NCBI GenBank assembly: GCA_044892525.1
Contig: CM097885.1
Location: 52,330,001 to 52,394,000, forward strand
Source: Schmidtea polychroa
Lineage: Eukaryota
Reading direction: 5' to 3'
DNA length: 64,000 bases
Each line of letters starts with the position of its first letter. Position 1 is the stretch's first letter. Shown here one piece after another: positions 1 through 14,208 of this stretch. The translations under genes and the position numbers were made by a program. The notes below the pieces were generated by a model. The model had not been told where the DNA came from, searched no databases, and worked only from the letters and a program-made list of their open reading frames with translations.

Positions 1-329
1 AAATTTCTATTAAAAATTACTTAAAAAATTATTTCATAAAAATTTTCATTAAAAAATTTCAATTCTCAAACACCTTCTATTTTTTGTTAATAAATTTAAA
101 AATCTTAGTTTAATTTACTTATTACATTACTTATTTAAAAATTATTACTTTAATTTACTCATTTAGCTTTAATTTAAAATTTTGAACCTTAATTTACTTA
201 TTTAAAATTTTTAACTTTAATTTACTTATCCTTAATTTACCTAATTATTCTTTATTTCTTAATTTTTCACCATAATTTACTAAACAACTAATTATAACCC
301 TTATTTTCATATTTAACCAATAATTTCAT

Positions 330-1578
330 GTGGTCATCTGGTTGTAAGTGTTTGGTATCTAGTTGACAGTGCTTATTACTAGGTAAGTTACGTGGTTGTT
401 AGTACTTGGTTGATAATGCTTAGTTGTTGGTTGTATGTACTTGGTATCTAGTTGTTAGTAACTAGTTGTAGGTAATTAATGCTTAGTAGTTGGTAACTGG
501 TTGTTAGTACTTGGTAGGTGGTAGCTAGTTGGTTGTAGGTACTTAGTAGTTGGTAGCTAGTTGAGTGTTGGTTGTAGCTAGTTAATGGGTAACTGGTTGT
601 TAGTATCTAGTTGTAGGTACTTGGTAGGTGGTAGCTAGTTGTTAGCTAATTGTTGTGGGTTGTTAGTACTTGGTTGATTTGATTGTTAGTACTTGGTAGG
701 TGGTAGCTAGTTGGTTGTAGGTACTTAGTAGTTGGTTGATAATGCTTAGTACCTGGTTGTTGACGGTTGTTAGTACGTGGTATCTAGTACCTAGTTGGTT
801 GGTTGTTAGTACTTAGTATTTAGTTGGTTGATAATGCTTAGTACCTGGTTGATGTTGGTTGTAAGTACTTGGTATCTAGTTGTTAGCAGGTTGTTAGTAC
901 TTAGTAGCTAGTTAATGGGTAGGTGGGGGTTGAGAGTTAGTTAGTACGTGGTATCTAGTTGTAAGTACTTGGTAGCAGGTAATTGGTTGTTAGTATCTAG
1001 TTGTAGGTATCAGGTTGATGTTGGTTGTAGGTACTTAGTAGTTGGTTGTAGGTACTTAGTAGTTGGTAATTAATGCTTAGTACCTGGTTGTTGTCGGTTG
1101 TTGGTACTTAGTAGGTGGTTGTAGGTACTTAGTAGCAGGTAACTGGTTGTTAGTACTTGGTATCTAGTACCTAGTTAGCTGGTTGTAGCTAGTTAATGGG
1201 TAGGTGGTTGTAGGTAGTTAGTAGTTGGTAACTGGTTGTAAGTATCTGGTTGTTTGAGAGTTAGTTAGTGCGTGGTATCTAGTTGTAAGTACTTGCTATC
1301 AGGTAACTAGTTGTTAGTAACTAGTTGTAGGTATCTGGTTGGTAATACATGTTCGTAAGTTACTGGTTGTTGGTACTTAGTAGGTGGTTAATAATGCTTA
1401 GTACCTGGTTGTTGTTGGTTGTATGTACTTGGTAGTTAGTTGTTAGTACTTGGTACCTAGTTGGTTGCATGTTTTTGGTTGTTGGTACTTGGTATCAGGT
1501 AACTGGTTGTAGGTATCTGGTTGGTAATACATGTTCCTAAGTTAGTGGTTGTTGGTACTAAGTTGTTGATTTGTTGTT
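330..1578. repeat. G/T-skewed degenerate short-motif repeat inside the Polinton-like end
   Basis: Shuffled 6-20 nt modules (GGTTGTTAGTACTTGGTA, GTAGGTACTTAGTAGTTGG, ATAATGCTTAGTACCTGG, TATCTAGTTG). No ORF of 60 aa or more is listed on either strand. Confidence 0.85.
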
Positions 1579-1904
1579 GAATTATTATTAAAATTTGTCT
1601 TTGAAAAATATTTCATAAAAATTTTCAATAAAAATTATCTTAAAAATTTCCATCTAAAATTATCATTGAAAAATATTTCTTAAAAATTTCCATTAAAAAT
1701 TAACTTAAAAAATTATTCCATAAAAATTTCCATTAAAAATTACTTAAAAAATTATTCCATAAAAATTTTCATTAAAAAATTTCAATTCTCAAACACCTTC
1801 AACTTTTTGTTAATAAATTTTAAAATCTTACTTTAATTTACTTATTACATTACTTTAATTTACTTATTTAAAAATTATTACTTTAATTTACTTATTTTAC
1901 CATT

Positions 1905-2385
1905 GATTACTTAATTTTTAAAATTTGGACCTTAATTAACTTTAATTTAATTTTTTAGAATCTTAATTTACTTTAATTCAATTTTTAGAACCATTATTTA
2001 CTTTAATTTAAAAATTTGGATCTTAATTAACTTTAATTTAAAATTTAGAACCATTATTTACTTTAATTTAAATTTTTGGACCATTATTTACTGTAATTTA
2101 ATTTTTTAGAACCATTATTTACTTTAATTTAATTTTTTAGGACCATTATTTACTGTAATTGAAAAATTTGGACCATAATTTACTTTATTTTAATTTTTTA
2201 GAACCTTAATTTACTTTAATTCAATTTTTAGAACCATAATTTACTTTAATTTAAAATTTTGGACCATTATTTACTGTAATTTAATTTTTTAGACCCATAA
2301 TTTACTGTAATTGAAAAATTTGGACCATAATTTACTGTAATTCAATTTTTAGACCCATAATTTACTTTAATTTAAAAAAATTTAC
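1905..2385. repeat. ~30-31-bp tandem subterminal repeat array
   Basis: Repeated unit approximating (A/G)ACCAT(T/A)ATTTACT(T/G)TAATTTAAtTTTTT(A/G)G. Homologous arrays lie at about 15630-16050 (inverted) and 23120-23490. Confidence 0.8.
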
Positions 2386-3226
2386 CATGTTTTTTAGTGT
2401 AGACCACCTTTGTCTATTGAAATTCTCAGGTCCATCGAGACCCACCTTAATTATTCGAAAAATCCTTGGCTTTTTTATTGATAGTCGGATTTTTGTATAG
2501 AAAAAATTTTATTTGTATTGAAAATCCCAGGACCATCGAGACCCCCTCACTATAGTCTGAAAATTACCATGCTTTTTTAGTGGTAGTCGGATTTTTGTAT
2601 TGAAAAAATTTTATTTGTATTGAAAATTCCAGGACCATCGTTTTTGTATAGAAAAAATTTTATTTGTATTGAAAATCCCAGGACCATCGTTTTTGTATTG
2701 AAAATTTTTTTTTTGTATTGAAAATCCCAGGACCATCGAGACCCCCTCACTATAGTCTGAAAAATTGCGTAATCAAAAGTTGTAGCAAAAAAATTACGGC
2801 AGCAGGGGGGGGGGTACCCCCCTATTGCTGCCGTACGCTACTATCTACCTACTAATAATTAATAAATATATTAAATATATAGTGAATATAAATGCTTGTT
2901 AGACAAAACAAATAATTTCAGTCAATAATTTTTAACAATAATAAACAATTTAAAAGATTTTAGCAATAAATAATATTAGGATAATATATTTTATTAAGTA
3001 AAAATATTTTCAATATAAAAATATAATAAATTAATTCAAAAAAAAAGGATCAGAAAATTATGTACAAATTGAATTAAAAATTTTTAAAAATATTTGAGCG
3101 ATAATCCTAATTGTTATACTAAAAACGAATGAGCTAAGAAAGAGTTATAATACGAAAGAGTTATAGAAAAGGGAATCTTTGTAAAAATTTTAAAAGTCAT
3201 GATTTTCAAGACGATTTTCAAAATTA

Positions 3227-4837
3227 TACGGGATTAAATTTTAAAAATACGGGACAAAATGAAAAAAATTAATAAATGCTTACGAATAACAATTTTATTT
3301 GACGTATTTATCAAAGGACACTATTTTTTCAAGAATTCAACATTTCCTTTTATCGCTGCATAAAATTGAGTACAATCTGAGTTGTGTTGGATAGTGAGTA
3401 AAGCGCTTAAAGTTTCAACATCAAATCTGTTTTTCTCATCCTCCCACGTTCGATTAATGAAAGAAATAAAATTATCTCTACGTCACACGAGGTTCCTGGT
3501 AATTAAAATGCAAACTCTGCGCACTTTTCCATGATAACCAAGAGAATTGATTGTTCGCGAAAGTGAATAAAAATATTAATCCAATTCAATGTTTTTAATC
3601 GTAGAGTTAAAATATTTCAGCTGATTTACAACGAACAAAATCCAGAATTTTCCAGCTGGATTCTCGAAGAATCGTAAAACTGTTGGAGGGCATTTTTTAA
3701 TGACAAAAAGTATTGCTTCAAAGAATCAAAAATCTCAATCAATCGATTAATAGCCGGCTATAATGTCAGAAATTTTATTGATGAATGATTTTGTAGAGGC
3801 TTGTAACTTTCATCCATTGTTTCACAGAAAGTCTAAAAAGTTTCTGTTCGAACCGTATATAAACTGAAATGTTTGTACATCATAACAACAAGAGCTTCCA
3901 TGTCAATGTCAAGAATTTCACATCCAGCATTTGACGCGTTATGATCAATATGAGTTGCACATCTACTTCCGATTATTTGTTGATGAAAAGTTTGAAGATG
4001 TCTCCATACGTTGTTTTGACCATTTCAATCGACTCCGCCAAAATTAAGATTTGTATTGTATGCTCCAAATATTTTTATAACTTTAACTGCTATAACTTTC
4101 TCCTGAAAATGTTGTTCCTCGATAATTTTGAAGAGCTATTTTGAATTTTAGTTTGGAATCGACACAACTCCAATTTTCTTGCTAACAACTCCAACAACAG
4201 GATTAAAGTAGCGTAAAACAACATGAAGTAATTTCAGATCTTTGTGGTTAAATTTATCAGTCATTAAGCAAGCAAAGTTAGTTTTTATAATTTTTAAAGT
4301 TTGAATATAAAAAACAGAATTTTGTGAATTTTTAGCGAAATTAATTTTTAAAAAATTAATGAATTAGTTTGTTTAAAAAAAGAGCAATTTATATTGATTT
4401 AGTTTGATTTCAATTCTACCCGAAGATGACAGTGATATAATGTAGTAAAATATATATATTGGATTTGGTGCTTTTCGTTAGATTTAAATCGATACCATTA
4501 TTTAGCGATTGTTATAATAATAGTTTTGATGATTTCTTTATCCAATAATGCTTCTAAATCATAAATCCACTAATTTGCAGATAATTGTAAATTTTAATTT
4601 GACAAAGTATCGAAATATTGAGGTTATCAAAATGTTTTATAAGGAGTAGGAAATTAGGATTCGAGGGAGGGACCAGAGGGATTTTTTGAAAAATAATATA
4701 ATGACTTTACTGAGTAAAATTTTCATTTTTTCTTCAATTTGATAATTATTTTTTAAAACTTTTTGAAATACGGGACACGGAACAAATACTCAAAATACGG
4801 GACTATCCCGGGTAAATATGAGCAAATGGTCATGCTA
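3227..4837 (-). mobile_element. Decayed hAT transposon (Blackjack-like ends) with a fragmented transposase
   Basis: Minus-strand peptide fragments KLLHVVLRYFNPVVGVV, HNASNAGCEILDIDMEALVVMMYKHFSLYTVRTEK and ISFINRTWEDEKNRFDVETLSALL (hAT C-terminal dimerisation-like). Subterminal AATACGGGAC repeats and the terminus ...ATGGTCATGCTA at 4837. The other end is not resolved. Confidence 0.6.
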
Positions 4838-7250
4838 GCAATGTGACCATACAGAAATTTTATCTGAACACGAAAGACAAATGTAAACTGTATATTGAGG
4901 CGAAATATAAATATAAACATTGAATAAATTCAATCAAAATATTACTTAAGTTTAATAAATATTTGATATAATTCATAGAGGTAAATCAGATGTTTCCTAT
5001 TTCTAATTTGTTTTCTTCTGTATTTATTCTAAAAGACAATTAAATCGAAATAAATTAAGATAATTTTTTTTAACTATTCAAATGGCTTAAAATCAAGTCA
5101 ATTTTGTTATCAAAGGATTTAAGTATATTTAGATTAAGGAATTTGTCGAGACAAAATAATAATCTAAAAAAGCTAGAAAGTAACCCAATACGAGCCATTA
5201 GGTTAGTAAACTAATATTTTGAATTTTTTTATAAATAATTATTATATACAACCTAGAAAGATTATTTGGAAAAATTTATCTAATCTAGTGAATTAAAATG
5301 TAATCTACAATTAAAATGTTATGGTTTTCTAGGTAATACGAATACTTCTTCAGATGAAGAATTTTCAGATGAAGAATTTTTAGATGAAGAAAATAAATAT
5401 TTGATATTTCTTAAAATTCCTACATTTTCTAAAGACCACAAATCTTGTTTGGAGTGAAATTTCTTAATTTGTACGACAAATTAGTAAAAGATCATTAACA
5501 TAATTATTTAGAAGATTTTATTTATTGCAATTCGAAAATTGTGCATTGGAGTTCTTATTACTAGTTTTTTTCGTTTCTAAAGTTAATCTTTGCATAAAGT
5601 TAAAATTCACTAAATGACGAAGTCCTTGTAGCTAATATCTACCTCTATTTTTGCAACACCTGGGGAATTACAGTTTTAAATTTTAAAATATAAAAAATGT
5701 TATTTAAATTTATATTAAGGTTTGTTAGTTGAAAATTTAATTTTAGTTATTTTTTAAATTTTAAATTTATTGTTGATTAATAAAATTGAAATTGAAGTCT
5801 CTAAAATTTCTTTGAAAATATTATGTTATAAAATTTAATTTAGATTTATGATAGTAAGAAATGTGCCTGTCAAATGTGAAAAAAACACCTTAGAAATAAG
5901 AAGTACAAAATTTAGTTATATAACTGACAAATATTGGTTAATATTAGGTTAATTTATAATCAAAAATTTTGAGTTGTCAAATAAATTTTAATTTTAAATT
6001 AAATAAGTCAAATATAAACATATGTATGTCAAATATGAAAAAATATTAATAATTTTATCAATTATCAATCATGGTTTTTAATACATATTGATATTACTTT
6101 TTAAACAAATTTGTTGTTATTTTCTTCGTATTTAAATTATTTCTATTTTGACAAATGTAATTCATTTGAAATTGGTTATCCCAAAAGTAATTTTAATTTT
6201 CATCATATTTCACTGGAAGAAATAGTTTTTTCCATTATTCAAAAAAATAAAATTCATCAGAGACTATTTAAATTTAAAGGCAGTCATAAAAAAATTCTTT
6301 CAATTTTCATACGATAATATAAATGAGATAATTCTTTATTTGTTTCTTAAACAATTTACAGACTTTTAATGTTGAATTTAATTATAATTTTATTTATCTT
6401 CATTTCATTTTAAACTATTTTATATTTAGCACAAATACTTTCCTAATAATTTCATTGCCATCATCTCTTTGTATTTTTAATTAATTAAATTTAGTATATT
6501 GTGATTGCATGTTTTATTTATGTTTTCTAACACCTTTTGGATGGCTTAATATTATATATAAATAACACGAATAGGATTTATCAAGACATCTATAAGTTAA
6601 TAGATTTTTGAATAACCCTGATATACAATTGCTATGATATGAAAACCAGAAAAAAGGTCTTCAATAAACAAAAATGTCTTAAAAATATAAATATAATAGA
6701 GACATGATTATTTCCACTATTTATGATTGATAATATATTAATATTAATTATCAAATAAAGGGTTTTCATATTATTTAACATCTCCTACTAAATTTTTATA
6801 TATATATAATTAAATTCAATTAAAAATTTATCTTAAATTCTGTTAAAGTGGCTGTAAATAAATTATCTAAAAAGCTTTTTTTATCAAAGTTGAAAGTATA
6901 AGATATTCATTGAATTATAATTGAGTGTGCTTATAATAGTAATTGAAAATGTATAATAAATTTTATTTTAATCATTATTTAAAAATGATGAGTAGTATGT
7001 TGCGTGCCAGTTTCCTGGAGAAAATTTTAAATTTTACAATCCAATTATTTTATTAGAAAAATTGGATGCTGACATTTCGTTTCTTCTGAATTTAATTGAC
7101 AATCCAATGTAACAGAATACAATGTCATAGAACTTGGTAAATAAATTATATATCAAGATTACGGTTAAATTAATTTTAAATAATATATATTTAGTTTATT
7201 TAGTTTAATACTTTTTAATTTTAGAATAGGAACAGAAACAAAATAACTCA

Positions 7251-7253
<3 letters not shown>

Positions 7254-7328
<75 letters not shown>
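7254..7328. repeat. (TA)n microsatellite
   Basis: Pure TA run. Confidence 0.97.
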
Positions 7329-7330
<2 letters not shown>

Positions 7331-8369
7331 TCACTATCATCGTCAGGTTACCTACATTCACTAGGGATGAATATTGGTAAACCAGAAAAGTCTAGACAGA
7401 GACGAGAGACCAAAGTTAATGACGTTTGCCCTTGACACTGCATGAATGATACAGAAAAGTTTTGTCGTATTTACTGCAGGCCTATTATTATAAATTTTAC
7501 ATAGCTTTATAGTAGCTTTATAGTAGTTTTATAGAATAGTAACATATATTTTTCGCATAATATTAATTACTAAACAGTAATTTAAGTAAATATATTTTAA
7601 TCGAAGTTTCACTCTGCAAATTGCGAATAAGCCTTGCCTATTGCGTATTATGTACAGTATCCATTTAATATTTTATTATATTTTGAGTTACATTTTCTAA
7701 TATTATCAACTTACACTTTTTGTGATTTTATTATGTTTCGGGAATAGAGTTACGAATAGTGAATTTATAAAAATGTTTTATAAATATTATTTTATATTTT
7801 ATTTCATTTGGCAAGTAAGAAATTTTATTTAATTTTTTAATATTTTCATATTTGCTAACATAACAACTGAATCTCTAAGCAATGTCATTTGTATTAGTAT
7901 TTATTATTTATTATTTACTATATATTTATACGATATTTGTAATAAATATTGATAATAATTGAATTATTAAGGGCAATTGTTTAATAATAAAATTAAGAAA
8001 TTCGTGTAATAATTTTCGTTGCACCATAAATTAATAAAATAGTTACTTATTAAATTATAAATAAGTTTAAAATTTCATGTGAACAACCATTTCAAATTTA
8101 GATACAAACTTCAAAATATTTCAAATAAATTGTAAATTTGTTTTTCATTATTTATTAGATTTTTATGAAAATAGATTTATCGTTTCAAAAAATTACAAAG
8201 TTCATGAAGAGAATTTGTTACATTTTCAAAGGTTCCAATAGACGGAACTTAATTTTTATGACAAAAACATTCTTTAAATAAAAATTTTAATGTACATTTT
8301 TAAAAAATTGTTTTTATACTTTGAATTTAAAAAAATATTCCTTATTATATTAACATAATACTTATAATA

Positions 8370-8370
<1 letters not shown>

Positions 8371-8418
<48 letters not shown>

Positions 8419-8420
8419 TA
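8371..8420. repeat. (AAT)n microsatellite
   Basis: Pure AAT run. Confidence 0.95.
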
Positions 8421-8859
8421 AAATGATCATTAATTAAATGTTAAACAAGTGAATGATAATATAAGCCTTTTGCATATATTTAATAAAATGAAATAATTTT
8501 CGATTATAAAAATAATTTTTATCAATTTCTTGGAATTTAGCCGTTTCATCGGTTGAAATCGAATATCATGAAGAAGATCGATACCCCATGTTACTGAATT
8601 TAAAAAGTAAAATAGATACTCCAACCTATGTATTCTAGAAAAACCAGCCATCAAGAAATTATTTATGTACCAAAGATCTGTACTTCTGTTCTTGTTCAAT
8701 ATAACCTCAATGGGAATTTTAATACATTTGAAAGATTTGATAGGATATTTTTTGAAATGCTTATCAAAATCACTTGAAAAAGGCAGTGCCGAAAATTCGT
8801 GAATATCTAAAAAAACATCGATATCTTTACTGATCAAGTTTTAATAATAAATACAATTC

Positions 8860-9000
8860 ATTAAATTCTTAGATTTGTGTTCACTAGATTAAACTTCCGA
8901 AAGACATTATTTCTGTTCATCCAGTCAATGCTTGAATCACTAAAAGAAAATTTCATATCACACTTCATCAATTTTATAATCTCTACACCCAATTCCGAAA
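8860..9000 (-). pseudogene. Decayed paralog of the small ORF at 13930-14208
   Basis: Translates as VEIIKLMKCDMKFSFSDSSIDWMNRN...FNLVNTNLRI*, compared with TETIKSMKCDMKHSFSDSIIDSLNAN...FDLVNTNLRI*. The sequence TTAAATTCTTAGATTTGTGTTCACTAGAT is shared. Confidence 0.6.
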
Positions 9001-9379
9001 TTTAATAACCTCTATAATTCACGTTGGTGTGCACACCAGTTGCGGTGAGTCACCATTTACGTGAAAATGAAGTTATTAAATTTCATTTATTCAATTTATT
9101 AAAAATGGTTTTCTGGTAATTTTTTTAATTTCAAGTAAATTTTAAGACTTGAATTTTGATTTTATATAATTATGAGATCATTATTCAAGTTCTTAAATAT
9201 TACTGTTAGTCAGCATTTATAATTTAACATTGATAATAATTAAATTTCAGGTGTTTTTTAGGAATTTTATGAAATTCAATGATTTTTAATTTGGAATTAT
9301 TTCAATAAAATGTAAGTTAGATATATTTTTAACTAAATAAATAAACTAATCACCGAAAACATTTATTTTTTTAATGCAA

Positions 9380-9690
9380 TTAGGAAAGAAGCGGCGTACA
9401 TGGATGAAATAATTTTTTAAATTTTTATAATCTTCTTTCTCCAGCTCATTTTCGATGGCCCCATATTTTTAATATTTATAAATGATTGCTTTAATTAAAG
9501 ATTTGGTCATTCCTAGTAATCTTCCTAATTCTTGGTAATTGTCCCCATTCTGAAAGTCATTAATAAGCCGAATTTTGTCATTTTCTGTATATCTATGAAA
9601 ATATTAATTTATTAAAATAATTTATTTAAATTTACGATTTGCGAATTTCTTTCTGCAAATCAAAAGATCTTGATTTCTTTCTTGCGTTTT
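9380..9690 (-). pseudogene. HTH-domain fragment (Tc1/IS630-like transposase N-terminus) with a 43-nt intron
   Basis: Splicing GT..AG (9635-9593) gives FDLQKEIRKSYTENDKIRLINDFQNGDNYQELGRLLGMTKSLIKAIIYKY*, an HTH-like pattern. The family call is by resemblance only. Confidence 0.4.
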
Positions 9691-11633
9691 TTAATAATTT
9701 AAAAATAATTATATTTTAACAATATGTTAACAATATGTTAACAGTTATTGATTTTGGAACAAAAACCTATATAAGAAATTTGCATGCATTTTTCATTATG
9801 GGTTTGTGTTGGTGTGTTCAATTATTTTTCTCTCACCTTCACAAATCCTATAATAAAGTTATTAAATTTCGGAACAATAAATTTCTACACACAGGTAAGT
9901 TGTGTGTTCCTATACTATAAATTTATTGATTTTTTTTTTAGATTATAGAAGTTATTAAATTTCGGAACTAGGTGTATTAACTCAAGTTTCTACTTATATG
10001 CGTTAGTAGTAAATTTAATTCATATTTTTATTTACGTGAAATGTATGCAAAGAAAAATACACTGGAAGTTCACTAAAGAGTCTTTATCAAAATGGTAAAG
10101 AAGATCTAGATCCTGCTCAAAATTATCGGAATACAGATATCTCAAACAATATCAACCACTGAATGAAAGAAAAAATATTTTAATTAAAATCTTAGCCAGT
10201 GAAAACATTCAAAAAATCTCATATTTAAGGAGGCTATTCTCATCATAAACAAACATCCAAGAATTATTACTAAGAAAGAAATCAGTCAAATCGTCAGTAA
10301 CGATTTATTATTGTTGAGGATTTTTTTTAAATAATAATTAATTTTTAAATTTTAAAATATAAATAATTAGATCAAATTTTAAGTGAGCAAACATTTAAGA
10401 ATCTTTAGAAAAAAAATATAATTATGTTTAAAACTTTTTGAATTAGTTAATAAAAGTTTTTAATAAAAGAATATTTTATTATATTTCTCATTAAAAAATT
10501 AAAAACTTTTTATAGAATCTTGAAAAATATAAAAAATCAACATTTTCTTATTTTTAATTTTACAGTAAATTTAACTTTGAATTTAATTTTTGATAATATA
10601 AGCCTTTTGTATATATTTAATAAAATTTTAAAGAATTTAAAAGTTTTATTTTAATTTCTTTTATTAATTTAGACCAATCAGATGAGATGAAATGAAAATA
10701 AAAAAGAAATTCAAAAAGCATATAAAAATTGAAACTGCTAAATTCCAAGAAATTGCTAAGTATTATTTTTATAATCGAAGGTTATTTCCTTTCATTAAAT
10801 TCTATTTTGATTTATTAATTGATTTATTTTAAATAAAATAATTGGACAGTGTTCATTATAAATAATCTTTATGTGAAAAATGAAGTCGTATTCTTCTTTC
10901 TCTTCTGTTCTTTCTTCTTCTTCTTCATCATCATCTTCTTCTTCTTCTTCTTCTTATTATTATTATTCTTTTTCTTCTTCTTATTATTAATGTAGTAGAT
11001 TGTTATAATTTTATGGTTATTATTGTGTTCAACAAAACCCCAATTATGTTTTACGATAATTATCGTTCCCGTAGTGTCGGGGAAAATAAATTTAAAAAAA
11101 ACTATATAGCGTCAATTTACTATAATAAATTATCGCTATAGTAAAATCACAAAATTAAAAATCGAAAATAAATCGAAATAAAGGAATATCTATAAGTTAA
11201 AAGAAAACAGAATTTCTGAAAGGATAAAATAAGGATGTTCAACAAACAAGTCTAAAAAAATAAAGAAAGCAACGAAAGATTACCGAAGAAAGCATTGTGT
11301 GAATCTCAAAAATCCAAATATTCTAAATAACCCTTGAATTATCTGATTCCACGACTTACCTCAGTCGGTCTATCATCGAAAAAATACCTTTGGCGAATTA
11401 AGGTTCTTTAATTTTTAGTATTAATAAAAGTTGTAAAAGTTAAATTTGTTAGTTATACCTTGTTAATTTATTTTTTTATACTTTTCTGTAAACACATTAT
11501 TTCAAATAACACATATTCACTCCAGCTGTTCCAAGAGAGTATTTTTACAGGAGACTCGGCTGGGTTCTAACAGAATTTCTATACTATAATACACAATAAA
11601 TAAATACACAATAAGCTAGATTTATATATAACA

Positions 11634-11793
<160 letters not shown>

Positions 11794-13929
11794 ATTTGTA
11801 TTAATTTTGTTTGATTAAAAATCTAGCAACAATTAATTTTCTTACATCTCCTTCATTATTAAAAAAATTAATTCCATATATAAATAATTTTAATGTCACA
11901 TTTGGTATGCGAACTTTATTAGAGATAATGATTAAAGAAAATATTAATATAATAAATTATTAGAGTGACATGAATACCGATTATTATTTATTATTATTAA
12001 TATCATTAGAAAATTAATCATATTGTTAATAAAGTTCCCCGAAAAAAATCACCGTTTAGTGATGTGAATAAATTAATAATAAATTGACATAAATTTCCGG
12101 AGTTGGATAATGAAAATGAAATCCATACTAAAATAATTACAATATAATGTTAAGATATTATCCATGACAAAATATATTTATTGAACATAGCCAATCTACT
12201 CTTCTCATCTAACTAAAAAGTCATATAATTTCAATAAGTATGTTTGTTTGTTTTAATTGATTCATTTTGTTTATTGTTTCACCTTATGAATTTTAATTTT
12301 TATAAGTACATTTCATAATTTTAATTGCAAATTTAAATTTTTGTATTTATTTTACAATGATTAGTGATAATCTTTTTTACCATGAATGTCTTATTTAATT
12401 AATACAAAATCATGTTCAATGAAATTTATACGTTTACTTTCATTTCAATAAATTTGATCTAACTCATCTTCACTGTTTGCATTCACTGATTTGTGATATA
12501 TATTTTTAGCAAATACAATTTATGTAGGAGATTTATTAATTAATTTCTGAAATGTTCATTTAGGCATAAATTCGACTCAGTTTCTATGAATATAATTTTA
12601 GCGAGAAATATTAATATCATTAATAATCGTATGTAACTCCCTTTTTATTTGTCTATGTATCTAAATCCGTTTATATTTTTGTAATGATTCATTTGTGAAA
12701 TATATTTTTAAGAAAGAATATCTGCACATGAAATTTAATAATTAATATCCAAAATATTGATTTGTGTATAAACTCAAGTTAATTTTACACTTCCCTTTTC
12801 ATTTGTCCATTGGCTGGGTGCCATAGAGGGGTTTGAAGTTTTACCTGACAGTTATGTAATTTACAAAGTTCTTTCACGATAGCGCCTTCAAATCTTAGAT
12901 TTATATCATTTCAAATATTTAGCAGTCTACCGAATTTAGCATCTGATAATTCTATCATACGTGCCATTTCCCGTATGGTATCGCCATCATTTCATATTTA
13001 TAAAAGAATTTCTCCAAATGATAACTTGAAAGGCGTATTTCAAAATACCATTGTCAGGTGTTTTCAGCTGAGAGTTAAATATTTCAAAAAATTATTAAGA
13101 TAATTTTAAATGATAAATAATTGACTATTTAAAATAACTTTGAAAATAATTTTTAAACTGAAATTTTTAAATTAAACAAGCCTTTTAACCGGATCATTTT
13201 TAAATAAATATATTTTAAATATCGAAATTTTAATAAATGGTTTTTTGAAATATTTTATTCAACGCTGAAAATTTGTTTGGAAATTATACAATATTTCATT
13301 AAATAAAAACTTGGAATTATGGTCGTTAACTTTTGAACTGGATTTAAAAAATAATTTAGAAGATGTGTTAGCATCTTCTAATAACTATAATTACATAAAT
13401 ATAGGGGAGTGGTCAATGTGTGTTCTACAGAGCTCAAAGGGTCCTCAACAAGTTCCAAAGGACTCCTTAAATTTTACAATTTCAGAAATATTTTAGTTGA
13501 GATTGTACTTATCACCATTATCACCAGATTTTCAAACAATGTGAAACTTAAACTTTAAGGATTTTTAAGAATTGAAAACCTTTAAGTTTTAAAGAAAACT
13601 CATTGATCTCATTGCAGTGCTCACTTTCTTTATTAAACTTTTGTTTTTAAATTAAGTGCATCTTGGTATAAAAAATAAATGTATGTAGTGTGAATATCTG
13701 TTATTTTCAAATCATTTTTAATATTTAGTGTAAAAGAAAATGTGCATCATAAAAAATATCTGTTAAAGTTTAACTATAAATATTCAAGATAATTTCAACA
13801 ATATTACATTTTATTAGCAAACTAATAAATGTTCCTGTTGATTATATATTCAACTGGAATGTTAGTGCATTTGAAAGATATTTTAGGATATTTCATGAAA
13901 TGCAATGTTGAAATTAATATTGAAATTCA

Positions 13930-14208
13930 TTAAATTCTTAGATTTGTGTTCACTAGATCGAACAGGCCAATGAGATTCGAACCAATTTGTCGACCGCTTC
14001 TCACTCTCTTTCTCCGTGAATTCCGATTGATTAAATTTGCGTTCAACGAGTCAATAATTGAATCACTAAAAGAATGTTTCATATCACACTTCATCGATTT
14101 TATCGTCTCAGTATTCACTAACGTTTCTGCCATATGCATTGGTCCATCAGAATTCAGAAGAACATCTGGATTCAAATCAGCATTATTCAAAGATTTTGTT
14201 TTATCCAT
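13930..14208 (-). CDS. Hypothetical 92-aa protein with a basic RRKRVR patch; member of a small local repeat family
   Basis: ATG-to-stop ORF with higher GC than its flanks. A decayed paralog at about 8860-9000 conserves the same frame and stop. Confidence 0.4.
   Translation of the reverse strand: MDKTKSLNNADLNPDVLLNSDGPMHMAETLVNTETIKSMKCDMKHSFSDSIIDSLNANLINRNSRRKRVRSGRQIGSNLIGLFDLVNTNLRI

Larger units (their letters stand above)
1..2853. mobile_element. Right end of a Polinton/Maverick-like element, related to but distinct from 15277-23827; runs off the window start
   Basis: Ends in ...CCCCCCTATTGCTGCCGTACGCTACTATCTACCTACT (2853), matching the right end of the other element (...CCCCTATTGCTCCCGCGGGCTACTAACTACCTACT, 23827). 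It shares the same order of subterminal blocks: the AATTTCAATTCTCAAACACCTTC block, ~30-bp CCATAATTTACTTTAATT repeats, TTTTTAGTGTAGACCACCTTT and CAGGACCA.GAGACCC repeats. Confidence 0.85.

Noticed and set aside
4990..5680. Possible multi-exon host gene fragment (SSDEEFSDEEFLDEE)
   Set aside because: Splice-like signals are present, but no consistent stop-free model could be built.
11047..11633. Possible solo LTR (TG...CA)
   Set aside because: No TSD, no partner LTR and no shared motif with the other LTR remnants.
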